A stretch of 64,000 bases of DNA. Origin: Octopus sinensis. Its lineage: Eukaryota. The position numbers and the translations under genes were made by a program. Shown one piece after another: positions 1-13,684 of the stretch. The stretch's first letter is position 1. Every line of letters begins with the position of its first letter. The notes beneath the pieces are model-generated. The model did no database searches. It was given only the letters and a program-made list of their open reading frames with translations, and had not been told where the DNA came from. The stretch is from NCBI RefSeq assembly GCF_006345805.1, contig NC_043012.1:9362001-9426000 (forward strand), given 5' to 3'.

Positions 1-245
1 GCAAGACATTTGAAGCAGAAACGTCTGTTAGATGGGATAGTGTTTTGTATTAAAAAATAATAATCGATGGTAATCAATTGTCGTTGATCAGGGTGAGGTA
101 AGATATTTGAGGACATATCTTTTTGGGGTCATTGATGCATTTTTTTTCGGAAAATAATAATCGAAGACACTCAGCTTCCTCAAGAAATGAAGGGACATGC
201 TGTCATTGTGGTTATTATGGTTGAGCATAGCGATTTAGAAGTATA

Positions 246-1188
246 TTGATTTTTAAAGTTGTCAGATATTTCGTCTATAAAGTTTGTAAGGAGCTAGAGA
301 CTGAAGATGGAAATATATCACCAGTATCAAAGCATAAAAAGCATTCTAAAAGCTCTGAAATCATCAGAACACCTGAATTCATCCAACAAGTTCAACAGAC
401 TATTGATTACAATCCCAGAAATTCCGTGAGGTCAATTGCAAAAGATCCCCATGTATCAGAAGGAACAGTCATACATCAGATCTAAATCTTGTATGATGAG
501 GAAAGGTCAATTTATCTGAAAAAGAAAAAGAAAATCACTACATCAGACCTAAAAGGCTTTTAAACAAACTGTAAAATCCAGCAGAAGATTTGATTTGGTT
601 TTTCTCGCACGAGAAAAACTTCTATTAAGATCAAAAAGTTAACAGAACTAATGATAGATGGATATGAGAAGAACCTTCTGAAGTTCCAAGTGTTATGCAT
701 ACAAAGTTTACCCGCAACTGTCATGGCTTGGGGCGTTGTCAGCAATGCAGGACATGTGATACCTCCTTATTTCTTTCCTCAAGGCCTTAGAGTTAACCCT
801 ACCGCCTACATTAAGGCCCTGGAAATCATTACTAAGCCCTGGATAGACAGTGTATGCAATAGAAGGTCATATGTGTTTCAGTAAGGCTCTGCAATATCAC
901 ATATGGCTGTACAAACACAGGAATGGATGGCTGAAAATTTTCATGAACACACAACTCATAACATTTCGCCTCCTAATTCCCCAGATCTCAATTCATTAGA
1001 CTATTACATGTGGAGCGTTGTTGAGAGTTAGGTCAATGAACAAGCCCATAACGCCAAAGATTCTTTGAAAGTTGCCATAATCAAGAGTAATGTCCTAAAT
1101 GAACCAGGACCACTTGATTCGAGCATGTAGATGATTTAGATCTCGTATAGAAGCAGTTGTCGAAGCTGAAAGTGGCTTTATTGAATAA
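246..1188 (+). pseudogene. Tc1/mariner-superfamily transposase relic (frameshifted, with stops)
   Basis: Pieced frames give an HTH-like part (IRTPEFIQQVQQTIDYNPRNSVRSIAK), FFSHEKNF, PATVMAWGVVSNAGHVIPPYFF and ENFHEHTTHNISPPNSPDLNSLDYYMWSVVE, the typical PPNSPDLNPLDY-W catalytic C-terminus. Confidence 0.9.
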
Positions 1189-1357
1189 CATTATTGAAAA
1201 GTTTTATTTTTATCCTCATAATATTTTTGATAGAAAATTTTATGATCTCTTATTATATATCTGTTTTATATATATAAATATCACATTCAAAATGTGATCG
1301 CGTGTGTACCGTTGGCGATTTTTTTCCACCGTCTTCCCTCCTTTGGATCTTTCCTAT

Positions 1358-1392
1358 GTTTCTGACGAAGAGCTCCGCTCGAAACGTTAAAC
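1358..1392 (+). ncRNA. Minimal type I hammerhead ribozyme motif (Penelope-like type)
   Basis: GUUU-CUGACGA-A-GAGC(UCC)GCUC-GAAAC-GUU^AAAC. Stem I is GUUU/AAAC, stem II has 4 bp, and stem III is the loopless palindrome ACGU, which would need a dimer. Confidence 0.6.
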
Positions 1393-1493
1393 CCTCATTC
1401 TTTCCTTCTTTTCTGAGCGTCCAGTAATACTATACTTATTCCATGTCCTCGCGTTGTTGTGTTTTTTCTTTGTGATTTCATGTTTGGATTAAC

Positions 1494-1676
<183 letters not shown>

Positions 1677-2703
1677 AGCCACAACTTAAAATAACTTCGA
1701 GTTAAACAGATTATCGGATAAATCGCCCAAATCAACATTGGTTAGCGATATTGCCATAAACAAAATCCGAAATATCGATACCTACTACAATAAGAACAAC
1801 ATCAATAGCATCAGCGATGTAGTTCTAGACAGTATTATCACTGAAAATACAAGAAGATTACAGCTGATGCGTACGCCCAGTGTCACTAAATATATTTCAT
1901 ATCGTATCCAAACTTTGGCTGAAGGAAAATATAAATACTAAATCTTTTTCATATATGGCTTTGGATGATATTTGGAGACAGGTACAAAACATTGAGTTGA
2001 AGGACTGGTCATTGAAAAGAAATATAAGGAAAGCTGCTGGAAGTCTTCACTAGAAATATCTGAAGTTCAACAAGTGTGTTACATTGAGCGTGAACAAAAC
2101 TATCGCCAACATATTGGATAATATAGAATTATATGACAGTGTACTGGAAAACGGTTCTAAAGATTTGGTTGGCTGGAACCAACATTGGTATCTACTAGAA
2201 GTTTTCTTTCAAGTGAGCCACACAGTTCTTCAGGCTGTCATGTTGGAATAAAGTTCAAAATAGAAATATTGTCAATGAATAGCAAAGTATAAGTATCGTT
2301 GTGATCTCACATTATCACAAGTATTAAAAGGAAAATTATATTTAAGAAAAGAAAAATCACATTTCGGTGATCAAGTATACAAGGGAGATAATCCATGTCT
2401 TAAAACTGAATAATACGGTAGTATTTATAGGGTAAATGTAAGGAAAGAGCTTGGGGAACGATTGTCACTACATTGGTGTTACCGCGTGTACCTTGTTTGC
2501 TGACAGTTCTTAAGATTTACTCCGAGTTAACAAATTTAGATTCCGTAAAAAAGCAAGTTCAAGACGGAACGAAATTCTTTAAATAGATTACAAATTCATG
2601 CACAAAACCATATCACTTTGAAAGCAGCGGCACACTTGCGATTAGCAAATTTAATATCGAACCTAGATAATATCGAACCTAGATAAAACTCAGATGGGTG
2701 ATC

Positions 2704-2812
2704 GCTTGGCAAACCTTGGCAAACATTTGGCAAACCTTGATAATACCTGGCATGCCTTGATAAATATTCTGCAAACCTTGGTAAACCTTGGCAAACCTTG
2801 GCATATCTTGGC
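2704..2812. repeat. 10-bp minisatellite (AAACCTTGGC)n, degenerate
   Basis: About 11 imperfect copies of aaaccttggc. Confidence 0.85.
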
Positions 2813-3431
2813 ACTGGACGAAAAAGTTTAATTAATTGCTCCAGCATGATCAGAGATCCTGTTTGAAACAAGTAAAAGTAAATATATTACCGAACCAGAA
2901 GCATTTGCTATACTGATGTTATCACCGTCTTTCGACTGTTTAAAGGCTGTAGATTCTTCATAGTATTGATTACATCTTCCATCGCCTAACAAGGCACGAA
3001 ATAGAACACTGGCGAAATAAAAGAAAACAAACAAAATCGGCATGAAGTCAATGAAAAGACACAAATGGTGTATGCTTTACGGGTTCACCTGCTAAGCATG
3101 GACTTAGTAGCACGTGGGGTCCTCGTCTATAAACAGAGATTAACTTTTGAAACGATTGAAACGTAGTAATGCAGTATGGAATTATACTCAGCATATTTTG
3201 CAATATGAAGGTAATTGTATACATGTATGTATGTATGTATGTATGTATGTATGTATGTATGTATGTATGTATGTATGGTGTATGTATGTATGTATGTACA
3301 TACAGACATATATATATATATATACTTTATTTAAAGCAGCAGAAAATTCAACAAAACCTGTTACTCTGAGTTTCCCGTTTCCGTTCGTCAGACAGTTTTT
3401 ACTCCGGTATATATATATATATATATATATG

Positions 3432-3967
3432 CACAGGGTGGGCAAAAATTAGTGCCCTAACCTGATTTTTTTGAAAATCCAGCGATTTCGTAGGTGCTGT
3501 GTCATAATGAGGAGGTGCTCCCTCTTGCACAAAGATTTTGGAATAACGGTATCGAAAATACGGCCAGATGATGTTTATACACAACGCCAGGATAACGATC
3601 ACCATTCATCGTCTCTTGTTGAATATGGAATGTAAATATTCTTGAAGACGATATCGCCGCCCAAATGACAAGGGAAGGTGAATTGACGTGCTTTTCCCAA
3701 ACCATTTCAGGGTCATCTTCTGACTAATAGAAGCAGTTAGGGCAGTTGATGTGCCCGGAAACGTGGAAAGTCGCTTCATCAGAGAAAAGGAGTCGATCGA
3801 AAAATCTGGAATCTCTGGCGTCTGCCAGCATTCTCTCACAAAATTCGACACGTCGAATAATCAATGACATAGAAATAATAACAGCATACATCAATAAACT
3901 ATAGAACTAATAGACACATATAATTGGGGCACATACATTTGGGGCGTTAGTTTTAGCCCAGCTTGTA
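3432..3967 (-). mobile_element. Internally deleted Tc1/mariner element
   Basis: Minus-strand fragments VWEKHVNSPSLVIWAAISS, ETMNGDRY and IFVQEGAPPHY (QDGAPPH motif). Degenerate terminal inverted repeats cacagggtgggcaaaaattagtgcc (3432) and ggcgttagttttagcccagcttgtac (~3942-3967). Confidence 0.8.
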
Positions 3968-3975
3968 CACACACA

Positions 3976-4006
<31 letters not shown>

Positions 4007-4047
4007 CCACACACACACACACATATATATATATATGAGTGTATTTT

Positions 4048-4165
4048 AGAGACACCACCATGCCGAAACAGCAGTCAGAACCCTGACTCTAAAAACCACC
4101 TTAAATGTTTGAGGTGGTTTTTAGAGTCAGGGTTTTGACTGCTATTTCGGCATGGTGGTGTCTCT
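4048..4165. repeat. Near-perfect 118-bp foldback built from two degenerate hammerhead-like motifs
   Basis: 58-bp arms with 3 transition mismatches and a 2-nt loop. Each arm reads ...GAGAC-accaccat-GCC-GAAA(C/T)-agca-GTC, with a damaged CUGANGA core. Confidence 0.85.
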
Positions 4166-4374
4166 CAGATACCCTTATTTATAGTTGTAAAAAATTATTA
4201 CCTTTGTATGGTATTTATTCCCATGCTGGCCACTTGATAATATTGATATTTAAATATCGATATTATTCTTATTTATAATATATATATATATATATATACT
4301 TTATTTTAAGCAGCAGAAAATTCATATATGCATATATATACATATATATACATATATATACATATATACATATA

Positions 4375-4408
<34 letters not shown>

Positions 4409-5298
4409 TATATATATATTTATACATATAGACATATATATATATACACATATATATATGTATATATATATACATACACATACGTAAACACACGTATATA
4501 CATATATTTGTGTATATGCATAAAATAAATATAGAATCCTTTACGGCTGAATTGAAGAATATTGAAACGATTTTGATTCTGACACCAAGTTAGCCAATTA
4601 AATCAGGGTTCTGCATCTCAGTTATAAGAAATGTCAATGATTTCCGGTATAAATCTCAAATGTCTATTACAGGATCCAATTAAATTTTAAGGGAGTAAAG
4701 AATTATACTAATTATCTCATCACGCGTAATATCAAGTTCCACCTTGGGCATATTTACCTTATATTGTGACAGCAATCTATAATAGGGTGGGGTTAGATCC
4801 TAGTTTGTAGAACAACCCCAATGTAGTCTGGTCTGAAAAAGTGAGAGATTTGAGGGTAACGAGAGGAAGGTGTTAGGGGCGAGAAGCATTTGAAGAGAGA
4901 AACGGGGCAAGGAAAGAAAGTAATTAGAGAGGAAAGAGAGGAAATGAACCAAGAAGCGAAAAAAGCAGAAGGGTGTGGCTCACGTGTCTTAAATACATTG
5001 TGATATGTCGCTAGGAGGGCAGTTTTCTGTATTTGGGACCCTCGATCCTAAAATATCGAGATCCCATTGAAACGCAGTTTAGTTGCTTGTAGTCAGTGGT
5101 TTTGTATTTGAAGAACATGAAGGCAGTGCAGAAGTCAAGAAGGAAGTTAAGTTATTCGTTAATCCAGCGAGAAACACACAAGCTATAAAACCCCGGATAG
5201 TGGAGACAAACCACAGTAAGGGGTATCATTCTCTTATGAATTGTAGGAATGAGTTTCACACGTAGAAAGATATATGTTCTATGCCCATACATTAAAAC

Positions 5299-5345
<47 letters not shown>

Positions 5346-5866
5346 TAATAATAATAATAATGAAATTATTGTATACAGTGCTCAGGTGCACCACAACGTG
5401 TCAGAAAGTGCATATAAAGTACATGCAGTAATGTAAAAATGTCTGGAAAGCGAACAATGTATGAATCAGATACATGCCTGTGTGTGTATGGAGGGGAGAA
5501 AATCAGGTGTAGTGTTGGCAAATCTCAGAAAGCATGGAAGTTTTGAAGGATGCAGTGCTCCGACAACTAACAAATGTAGCCCCGACTTCCAATTTACCGA
5601 TGAGAACTCATTTTTGATAAAGATTTATGAACACGAAGCTGTTAACGGAATAAACATGAAATTTGACGCCAGAATCAATGTTTCTAGTCATTGATGATTA
5701 GTTATTTTCTTACTCTGTAATATTGGTCATAGTTTCTTCAGCCACTAGGCTGTTCACAGATCCATGCTTGCTATTGTTCCTGTCTGTATACTTGTCACTT
5801 ATGTCACATATTACTGTATGTCTATGTGTGAGTGTGTGTGCGTGCGTGTGTGTGTATAGATAGATA

Positions 5867-5900
<34 letters not shown>

Positions 5901-6359
5901 AACAGACACGCATAGACATATATATTTACACACTCATAAACGTATCTAAATATAAATACACAGCAATAATTGTACGCGCATTTAGATATATGTGTATATC
6001 AATCATTTATATAGATATTCATATATATACATACAACATACACACACATACATATATGCATATATATACATAAATACATGTATATCTGTTACATACACAC
6101 GCGTTACATATATATGTATATACATACATACATACATACATACATACATACATACATTCGTAATACATATATTCGTACACATTCGTGCAAACATACGCAC
6201 ATATAGACGCAGGTACATAAGTGTGCGTTCGTTTGTGTGTGTTTTTCGTGTCCTACTGTGAGATGAAAGCAATATATAAAGTTTGGAGTAGGGTCATTCG
6301 TTACAATAAATTTATAGTGAATATATTAATGTAATTCATCAGCTCTATCATAATATACA

Positions 6360-6412
<53 letters not shown>

Positions 6413-7643
6413 TATATATATATATAATATATATATATATATATACATATATATGTATATATATATATATATATGTGTATATATATATATATTGTTATGG
6501 CTCTAATACAATTACCGTATTGATTTCAATATCTCTCCTTATTATAATGTCCCTTTGATATGTTGGAATCTTCAGATTGCATTTACTTCGCAAGTGGCGG
6601 TAGCTAGGTAATTGATTGGTACTTCCCATACGCTGCAACTGCTTAAACGTATAACACGTCCCTCTCCTCCAACAACACCGCAACTTCGCCGTGTAGTTTC
6701 CTTAGAAAGAAATCAATGCGCGAAATTCAATTGCTTACAACTTTATTTTATCTGTATCTGTTCGCCTTCACCGAGATGAATTATAACTTGCGCGTCGTGT
6801 GAATTTGTCTCTTTCTATCTTCACAGTAAAGTTCTGTGAAATTGTCTTAGTTACATAGAGAACTTTTCTCTCAGTGTATTCTATGACTATTTTCCGGTGT
6901 CGTGCTGTCTACACTTACACGTATTTACGTTTGCTATAATTTGCTTATCGTAAATATCTTTCTGTCACCTGAACATAGATTGATAAGATTCATCTACCAA
7001 AGTCTACAGATGTCTTCTTCTAGGAGGAAGACGGAAATGTAATTGTTATCGTAATCATTCATCTAAAAATTGCTGTTATATATTAATACAGCTTTTTCTT
7101 ACTTCTAAAAGAATACCTTCGGGTAGTATCTCCGTTAGTAGCCTCCTACACGTTTTCAATGTACAGATAAATATTGTTTTAATAAAATATAGATATATTT
7201 CAATTTTCGCTACCCTCACAAGCTTCCATCATGCGAAACTGCATGATGGAGACAAGAACTCCGTTACCAAACATTTTCTGGTTTCTCCTCGTACGCCATT
7301 TGTCTAAAAGTTACATCTTTAACCCTTAAATGGCAGACATTGTCAATTGATGTTTCAAAAATGTGACTTGAAGTGAATAATTCACGACACTTTCCGATAA
7401 TGAGATTCTAAAGTTTATTCTGCAATAGACCAGCTATTATTACAGCCTTTGTACTTACAAAAAAAACAAAAAAACTTTTCGTTTTCGGCCCGTTTGGCAT
7501 ACATATTCATGTGACCTTTCCCCGCCGTTCAAGGGTTAAACACGGAATATTCACACTTGTCTATACAGAGGTATGATCATCTGTACATACAGAAACCGTG
7601 CTAGAAATCAGGAGTATCTTTTCTAGAGTTATTCTTTTTCTTT

Positions 7644-8075
7644 CACTTGTTTCAGTCATTTGACTGAGGCCATGCTGGAGCACCGCCTTTTAGTCGAACA
7701 AATCGATCCCAGGACTTATTCTTTGTAAGCCTAGTACTTATTCTATCGTTCTCTTTTGGTAAAGCGCTAAGTTACGGGGACGTAAACACACCAGCGTCGG
7801 TTTCAAGCGATGGTGGGAGGGGGGACAAACATCGACACAATCATACACACACAAACACACATATACATACATACATACATATATATATATATATACATAC
7901 ACACACACACACACACGCACATATATATATATATAGGACGGGCTTCTTTCATTTTCCGTCTACCAAATCCACTCACAAGGCCTTGGTCGGTCCGAGGCAA
8001 TAGTAGACGACACTTGCCCAAGGTGCCACGCAGTGGGACTGAACCCAGGACCATGTAGTTAGTAAGCAAGCTACT
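7644..8075 (-). mobile_element. tRNA-derived SINE, family 1
   Basis: Minus strand has a B-box-like GGTTCAGTCCC head, core ccttgggcaagtgtc, central (CA/TA)n and tail gactgcggccatgctggagcacc. Related copies at ~19500, 23090, 24295 and 28735. Confidence 0.85.
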
Positions 8076-8253
8076 TTATTTCATAAAAATTTGCCATAAA
8101 GGCATTACAAAGAGTAGCTGCGGGCTGGAAATATACATTAACGAGGTGAATGATGATATAAGGACGATATTGATGCGAGAAGGCAGAAACGCTCCCCGAT
8201 TTTCTTCTTCTCTAAATCATTGTTCTTTTTTTTTTAACAGAATAAACAAAGCG

Positions 8254-8604
8254 AGGTATTGAACCTCTCACAACAGTTTTTGCACTTAATAGTCCATTAC
8301 AAATATTATCATGCAAAATATATTCAATATAAAATCAACACTAGTCCATTTACAAATGAGGCGCTGGGCCTCTTACACTTTATAACACTGAGGCTCTTGT
8401 CAATTTTTCACCTCAACGAGGTATTGAACATCTTACTACAGTTCTTGCAATTATTGAACTTAATAGTCCATAGGATGCAATAATATGCAATGAAATATTC
8501 AATATACAATCAACACTTACAATCCACGTGCAAATGAGGCGCTGAGCCTTTTACACATTATAACACTGAGGTTTTTCAACCTTTTGTCAATTTTCCACCT
8601 CATA
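8254..8604. repeat. Two diverged tandem copies of a ~165-185 bp unit
   Basis: gaggtattgaac...caaatgaggcgctg...ataacactgagg...tgtcaattt..cacctca occurs at 8254-8417 and 8418-8604. Confidence 0.85.
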
Positions 8605-8609
8605 ATCGC

Positions 8610-9811
8610 TTGTGTCCGTGTACTCCGCCATAACCCATGCTTCGTTTAAAATCACGGCGGGGTCCGAGTTGGCGTTACCCGGCCACGAGCGATATTCTTC
8701 TTTTAGTCCCTTCAGCATCATAAACAGGCGCAACGTTATGACCTCCATAGCTATCTGCAGAGGTCATTCGGGGTTCTGTGTGAAGACCAAAGGTATTCCT
8801 TCGTAGTGTTCTTTCACTATTTTTTCCACCTCTCCGCCTCTATAAAAGAAGACCAACAGTTTCTGGTCCATCGGGTCCGGGTCGGTCAATTTTACCGTTG
8901 GCGGCAGAATTCCCGACAATGGTGTCTGCCTCCTCCGGTGGCACAACCGACGAGGCTCCGTGACGTTTCGGCGTCATGTCTCCTCTTTTTTTCTTCTCGA
9001 CTGGGGGAGGGTGCGTCTTCTCCGTGACCTGGAAATTCGCCTCCCCTCCATCATCCCCAGGATCCATCGGTGAGCACCCATTATTGCTCTCCTTCTTCCT
9101 TTTGCGACTCTTCCTTGAGAAGTCCTCCGTCTCTTCGGCCGCCTTCATTCCCTCCTCTACAGAGGTCTCCGTCAACCGCTCCGGGACTTTGCTTTGCCCT
9201 TGAGAACAGTTCTTTTTTTATATGGCCAGGCTTCAAGCACCGATGATATTTGGGGAAGCGTCGCTCAAGAATCACCAGATACTTAGACCCGGCCATTCTC
9301 AAAAAGTCTGGAAATACCAGACTTTCGGCTGACTGGGTCCATAGGGTCAAAAGCTGTTTTGACCCCTCCCAGTCAACCACAGGCAGAATATTTACGCTGA
9401 GAACCTTGGTGCTACTGCCACCCAGACCCGCGGGATAGTATCTCCTATCCACTGGGGCTCAACTCCGAGTGGCAAGCCGCAACCCCAAGCCCTCGTGAAA
9501 CTCTTCCCACAATAAGTGGGAAGAAACTAAATTTCATTACCCTCCAGGGGATGACTTGCAAATTCACAGGCCACTTCTGGGGAGTCAAACAGCAACCACA
9601 CGGTTGCGCATTTGACCGCCAGAGTGATAAACCTAATCGCTAGCTTAAATTCTGCCAGCTCTCTTTCGATTATATCCTTTCTGAAAACGGCAATGGCATC
9701 GAGGGTCCTAGAGTAGGTCCTCAAAACCACCGTCTTACTTTCAAGTTCTTTTAACCATTTTTTGGGTGGTGTGATTTCCCAATCCAACAACTTTTCATTG
9801 TTATTTGCCAT
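8610..9811 (-). pseudogene. L1/Tx1-like non-LTR retrotransposon ORF1 relic with decayed zinc knuckle
   Basis: GC-rich broken ORFs from MANNNEKLLDW through LVFPDFLRMAGSKYLVILERRFPKYHRCLKPGHIKKEL (decayed CxxCxxxGHxxxxC), followed by a basic/acidic tail. No ORF2 seen downstream. Confidence 0.65.
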
Positions 9812-10824
9812 GTTTGTTTTAAAGAGTCCAAAAATACAGTTGTTAAAATATAAAATAATTAAAGAAAAAGAAGGAAGAGGAAAAAAGTCCAATCAAAAGG
9901 AAGGAGAGAGAAAAAATTAACAGTCTAATAAAGTTTTTTTTAAAAAATCAAAGATAGAAGAAGAGAGAGCAATCCGATCTGGCAATGTTTCTACCTCTGG
10001 ATGTTCTTCCTAACGCCAATCACTCCGAGAGTTTAGTGAGTGATTTTTACGTGTTACCTGCACAGGAACCAGTCGGGGCGTATCGACCACGTTGGGATGA
10101 ATATTTTTAGACGATGAATGTTCAAGTATAAATATTTAGATTTTTACATATTAACAGAGCAAATTTACACAGAGTTAAAAAAACGCGGAAAATGAAGACG
10201 TGAGGTTTGGTGTTACAAGTCCGACAGCTGTTTCTGGGGGTCGAAGTTACTTCATAATGTTGGCAGATATAGATCACTAGAATAAACATTGGATAGATTC
10301 GACCTACGACTTCGGGGTGGGGAAATAAAATTTGGTTTATAATCATGTGGGAATAAGTTATGGTATTATTTATGCACCATCACACGTATTTAGGGGTTAA
10401 ATTGTAGAGATAGGAAAACACATAAGAAATCTCATATTAGAAATTATCCAGACAGAATCAAATGACAAAAAAAAATTTACACTTGGATGAGGCTATTATA
10501 TATACAGTCAGTAATCAGGAGATCTATAGATAGTTAGAAGGGAGATTAAAGAAGAAAGTGATATAACAGTAGAAATATAAGTAATAATACCTACGTGTAT
10601 TACATCCATTTCCAACTCTCGCTACTTTTTATACGAATATCTTTTTCTTCATTCTCCCTCTTAACTATATATATATACCACTTAATTACTATAAGTAAAC
10701 GGTTCATCCAGGTGAAAAATTTATATTATTTTATTCTCTGTCTGGAAAATTTCTACTAGGAGATATCTGTCTGTCTATCTGTCTGTCTACCTGTCTGCCT
10801 ATTTGTTCTCCGTCTATCTATCGA

Positions 10825-10879
<55 letters not shown>

Positions 10880-11233
10880 CTGTCTATCTATCTATCACTG
10901 TCTGTCACAGAATGTTCGCACACAGGTTTCCCCGTCAATCAATGACCCAAAATATCATAGTGGTTTCGCACCATTACAATTGAGACCACTGGATTTTGGA
11001 GGCACCAGTTTTGTTATAAAGCTACTGGAGAAAAGTAGGCGAATGTATACTGAGAGAGAAACAAAGAAGATATTATATAAATACAACAGACAAAGAATTA
11101 TGCATATATAACAGCACGAAGCCTTACGGCTATACACAACAGAAGAAAATAATTAATAATAATAATACATATACCACAAATACAATAGAAAGAGCCTTTG
11201 CACCTATCGAACGAAATTAGTAGGGTTGCGCAA

Positions 11234-11284
<51 letters not shown>

Positions 11285-11415
11285 ATGTGGGGTTAGTTCA
11301 CAGGTGATCTAAGCGCGATTAGTTGTGCTAGGTAAGTGCTGTAACGGATTACTCAGGTTCCAAGGTTATAGCCGATACGGTAGTTATGGGGCAAAGAGCA
11401 ATTGCAAATTTCCGA

Positions 11416-11456
<41 letters not shown>

Positions 11457-12155
11457 TCTTCTTCTATCTCTATATATAAAACTGAAATGCGTTTTTACCG
11501 CTTGGATCGCTTTCAATGCCACTACATCCCGTCCGATTCGCTCCAAAATTTACAGGGACATGTAGAATGAGGTGACGATGCTCGTGGGCTACCTTAGAAA
11601 TCCATATCTTAAAAGATGTGGTTGCTAGGGGCCATCTTCCTCACTCACCCTATTTCCTCCTTTCCCTCTCTTACTCCACTTCATAACTTTCAGAAGTCCA
11701 CTACCGTTATTTAAAGTATCTGTCACTATCGCTATTTCCTTTCTTTTTCACTGACCTTCCTATCACTTCGGCGGCGTTCTTTTAAGTATATGTCTGTCAC
11801 CAACAAACAACACACGAGCATGAGAACAAATATTATGAATCAGATATTCTTGCGTTCATTTATATGTGTGTGTATGTGTGTTCTATATATAAATATGTAT
11901 ATATAATGTATGTGTGTGTGTGTGTGTGGTCTATATATAAATATGTATATATAATGTATGTGTGTGTGTGTGTGTGTTCTATATATAAATATGTATATAT
12001 AATGTATATATACAAAGTGTATATATCTGTATTTATGTATATTAAACTTTTTCATACTTTTTCATAGTTATATATATTTTTAAACAAATTATAAATATAA
12101 TTTAATAATTTTTATATTCAATTTAAATAATTTAAAGTTTTCAATTTTATATTTT

Positions 12156-13684
12156 ACTAGCAGTATCGCCCGGCGTTGCTCGGGTTTCTAAGGGAAATAA
12201 CTATATAAGCATTTTTAGTGAGTTATAGCAAAAAAATAGCAAAAAATGCATTAAAAAAGGAATAAAAAATGATAGTAATTTTTTTTTAAATCGTTGACTC
12301 ATCGTAGACATTTTTAGAGAGTTACTTCCCTTATATAATAGCGAAAAATGCATTAAAATGGAATAAAAAATTATGGTAATTATTTTTTTAATCGTTGACT
12401 CATCGTAGACATTTTTAGAGAGTTACTTCCCTTATATAATAGCGAAAAATGCATTAAAATGGAATAAAAAAATGATGGTAAATTTTTTTTAAATCGTAGA
12501 CTCATCGTAGACGCGCGCTAATACCCAGAAAGGCTCGATATGAATCACGACTATAAGATACCCGGTTTTGGTTACACTGCACCGCAAAATGTGGGAGTAG
12601 TTAGGAATCAAAATCGTAGGAGACAGACACACAACCTTACTTTTACATATAGCTAGCAGTATCGCCCGGCGTTGCTCGGGTTTGTAAGGGAAATAACTAT
12701 ATAAGCATTTTTAGAGAGTTACTTCCCTTATAGATGCCAATTCGGGCTTTCTTAGCCATTTCTGTTTTGGTGTCTTCCAGCCATGAAGTCGTTGTTCTAA
12801 AAGAACGCTGGTCTCCTTGACAACGCTTTACGACGTTGATTTCCTTACACTCCCTTCCCCACAGCTTCACGAGGGAGGGAAGAAGGGGAGAAGCAAACAG
12901 GTGCAGGTGTGACCATGGACGCCAACTCCGCCGCCATCGACACACGAAAAATTATGCATTAAAATGGAATAAAAAATGATGTTAAATTATTTTTAAAATC
13001 GTAGACTCACCGTAGACGCGCGCTAATACTCAGAGGGGCTCGATATGAATCACGACTATAAGATACCCGAATTTGGTTAAACTGCACCGCAAAATGTGGG
13101 AGTAGTTAGGAATCTAAATCGAAGGGGACAGACACTCACACAACTACAGTTTTATATATATAGAAGATTTGTGCAACAACTAAAACATTCGGTTGTGCAA
13201 ATTGTTTGCATAGGAAACCTGCTCTGTGTGGTGGTTTTTGCCGTTTTTGTGGATCTGTTTCAGCTTTTTTAGCGATTTCTGTTTTGGCGACTTCAAGCCA
13301 TGAAGTCGTTGTTCTAAAAGAACGCTGGTCACCTTCACAACGCATTACGACGTTGATTTCCTTACACTCCCTTCCCCACAGCTTCACGAGGGAGGGAAGA
13401 AGGGGGAGAAGCAACACAGGTGCAGGCGTGAGCGTGGACGCCAACTCCGCCGCCATCGACACACGAAAAAATATGCATTAAAATGGAATAAAAAATGATG
13501 TTAAATTATTTTTAAAATCGTAGACTCATCATAGACGCGCGCTAATACCCAGACGGGCTCGATATGAATCACGACTATAAGATACCCGAATTTGGTTAAA
13601 CTGCACCGCAAAATGTGGGAGTAGTTAGGAATCTAAATCGAAGGGGACAGACACTCACACAACTACAGTTTTATATATATAGAT
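12156..13684 (+). mobile_element. Cluster of ~3 Helentron-like non-autonomous elements (HINE/DINE-1 type)
   Basis: Starts (a)ctagcagtatcgcccggcgttgctcggg at 12156 and 12653, shared 3' ends ...aaaatgtgggagtagttaggaatc...ttttatatata(t)ag, internal ~105-bp tandem subrepeats, and a GC-rich insert twice (12757-12947, 13256-13465). Confidence 0.7.
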
